In this document: piece by piece, positions 31,369-32,000 of the stretch | How positions within the stretch are numbered: position 1 is the stretch's first letter | How the letters are laid out: every line of letters begins with the position of its first letter | Origin: Vibrio vulnificus CMCP6 | Lineage (GTDB): Bacteria > Pseudomonadota > Gammaproteobacteria > Enterobacterales > Vibrionaceae | Length of the DNA stretch: 32,000 bases | Assembly: GCF_000039765.1 (NCBI RefSeq) | Contig: NC_004459.3 | Coordinates: 870,001 to 902,000, forward strand | Direction of reading: 5' to 3' | Translations under genes and position numbers: made by a program | Notes under the pieces: model-generated | Databases searched by the model: none | Told to the model about the DNA's origin: nothing | Seen by the model: the letters and a program-made list of their open reading frames with translations, nothing else

Positions 31369-32000
31369 GTGAATTCCGCTCTCTCAAATACCATACTCAG
31401 CAACATGGTGACTGCGACGCTCATCTTGGATGATGAGCTGCAAATACACCACGCCAATCCTGCGGCAGAGCAATTGTTTTCTCAAAGTGCCAAGCGGATT
31501 GTGCACCACCCACTCTCGCAGTTGATTCAGCATGCGTCGCTCGATCTCGCCTTGCTTTCACAGCCATTACAAAGCGGACAAAGCATTACCGACAGTGACG
31601 TCACTTTCGTGGTGGATGGCAAACCTTTGTTGCTGGAGGTTACAGTCAGCCCGATTTCAATCGAAAGAGAGCTGATGCTCTTAATGGAGATGCGTAAAGT
31701 CGACCAACAGCGCCGAATCACTCAGGAGATGAACCAGCACGCCCAACAACAAGCCGCAAAGCTCTTGGTGCGAGGCCTCGCTCATGAAATCAAAAACCCG
31801 CTAGGAGGTCTACGTGGCGCAGCACAACTGCTGGAAAAAATGCTGCCCGATCCTTCATTAACGGAATACACCCAGATCATTATTGAGCAGGCAGACCGAT
31901 TGCGCGCGTTAGTCGACCGGCTACTGGGCCCACAAAAACCGGGCAAAAAACAACAAACCAACCTTCACCAAGTTCTCGAAAAAGTTCGCCAACTTGTGGA
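31369..32000 (+). CDS. glnL: Nitrogen regulation sensor histidine kinase NtrB/GlnL, N-terminal part (3' end truncated by window edge)
   Basis: Frame from GTG (VNSALSNTILSNMVTATLILDDELQIHHANPAAEQLF) with H-box RGLAHEIKNPLGGLRGAAQLLE; absent from the ORF track because no stop lies in the window. Confidence 0.94.
   Translation, partial: MNSALSNTILSNMVTATLILDDELQIHHANPAAEQLFSQSAKRIVHHPLSQLIQHASLDLALLSQPLQSGQSITDSDVTFVVDGKPLLLEVTVSPISIERELMLLMEMRKVDQQRRITQEMNQHAQQQAAKLLVRGLAHEIKNPLGGLRGAAQLLEKMLPDPSLTEYTQIIIEQADRLRALVDRLLGPQKPGKKQQTNLHQVLEKVRQLV

Noticed and set aside
1-32000. Search for CRISPR arrays, tRNA/rRNA genes, integrases, transposases, toxin-antitoxin pairs, retrons or defence islands
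   Set aside because: No periodic direct repeats, no recognised RNA genes, no mobile-element proteins and no anomalous gene cluster were seen; the window reads as conserved vibrio core genome.

Overview
This is an ordinary core-genome window from a Vibrio species, probably close to V. vulnificus; that assignment is an inference from recalled protein similarity and was not searched. Gene order: tex (3' end), an ERIC-like 127-bp palindromic repeat, an uncharacterised protein, bioH, comF, nfuA, nudE, cysQ, the complete 12-gene type II secretion operon epsC-epsN on the minus strand, hslR, hslO, pckA, an AsmA-family gene, a GNAT-thioesterase fusion gene, dtd, a yihY-like gene, a DUF2959-like lipoprotein gene, a small P-loop NTPase gene, typA/bipA, glnA, a DUF4124-like gene, and the 5' end of glnL/ntrB. 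I found no convincing new defence, mobile or other accessory system. The best second looks are non-coding: the ERIC-like element, a sigma-54/NtrC regulatory region before glnA, an NtrC-like palindrome before glnL, and a short perfect inverted repeat upstream of epsC. The small P-loop NTPase and the protein next to tex are the least characterised proteins. All family calls come from motifs and recalled family knowledge; none was confirmed by a database search.
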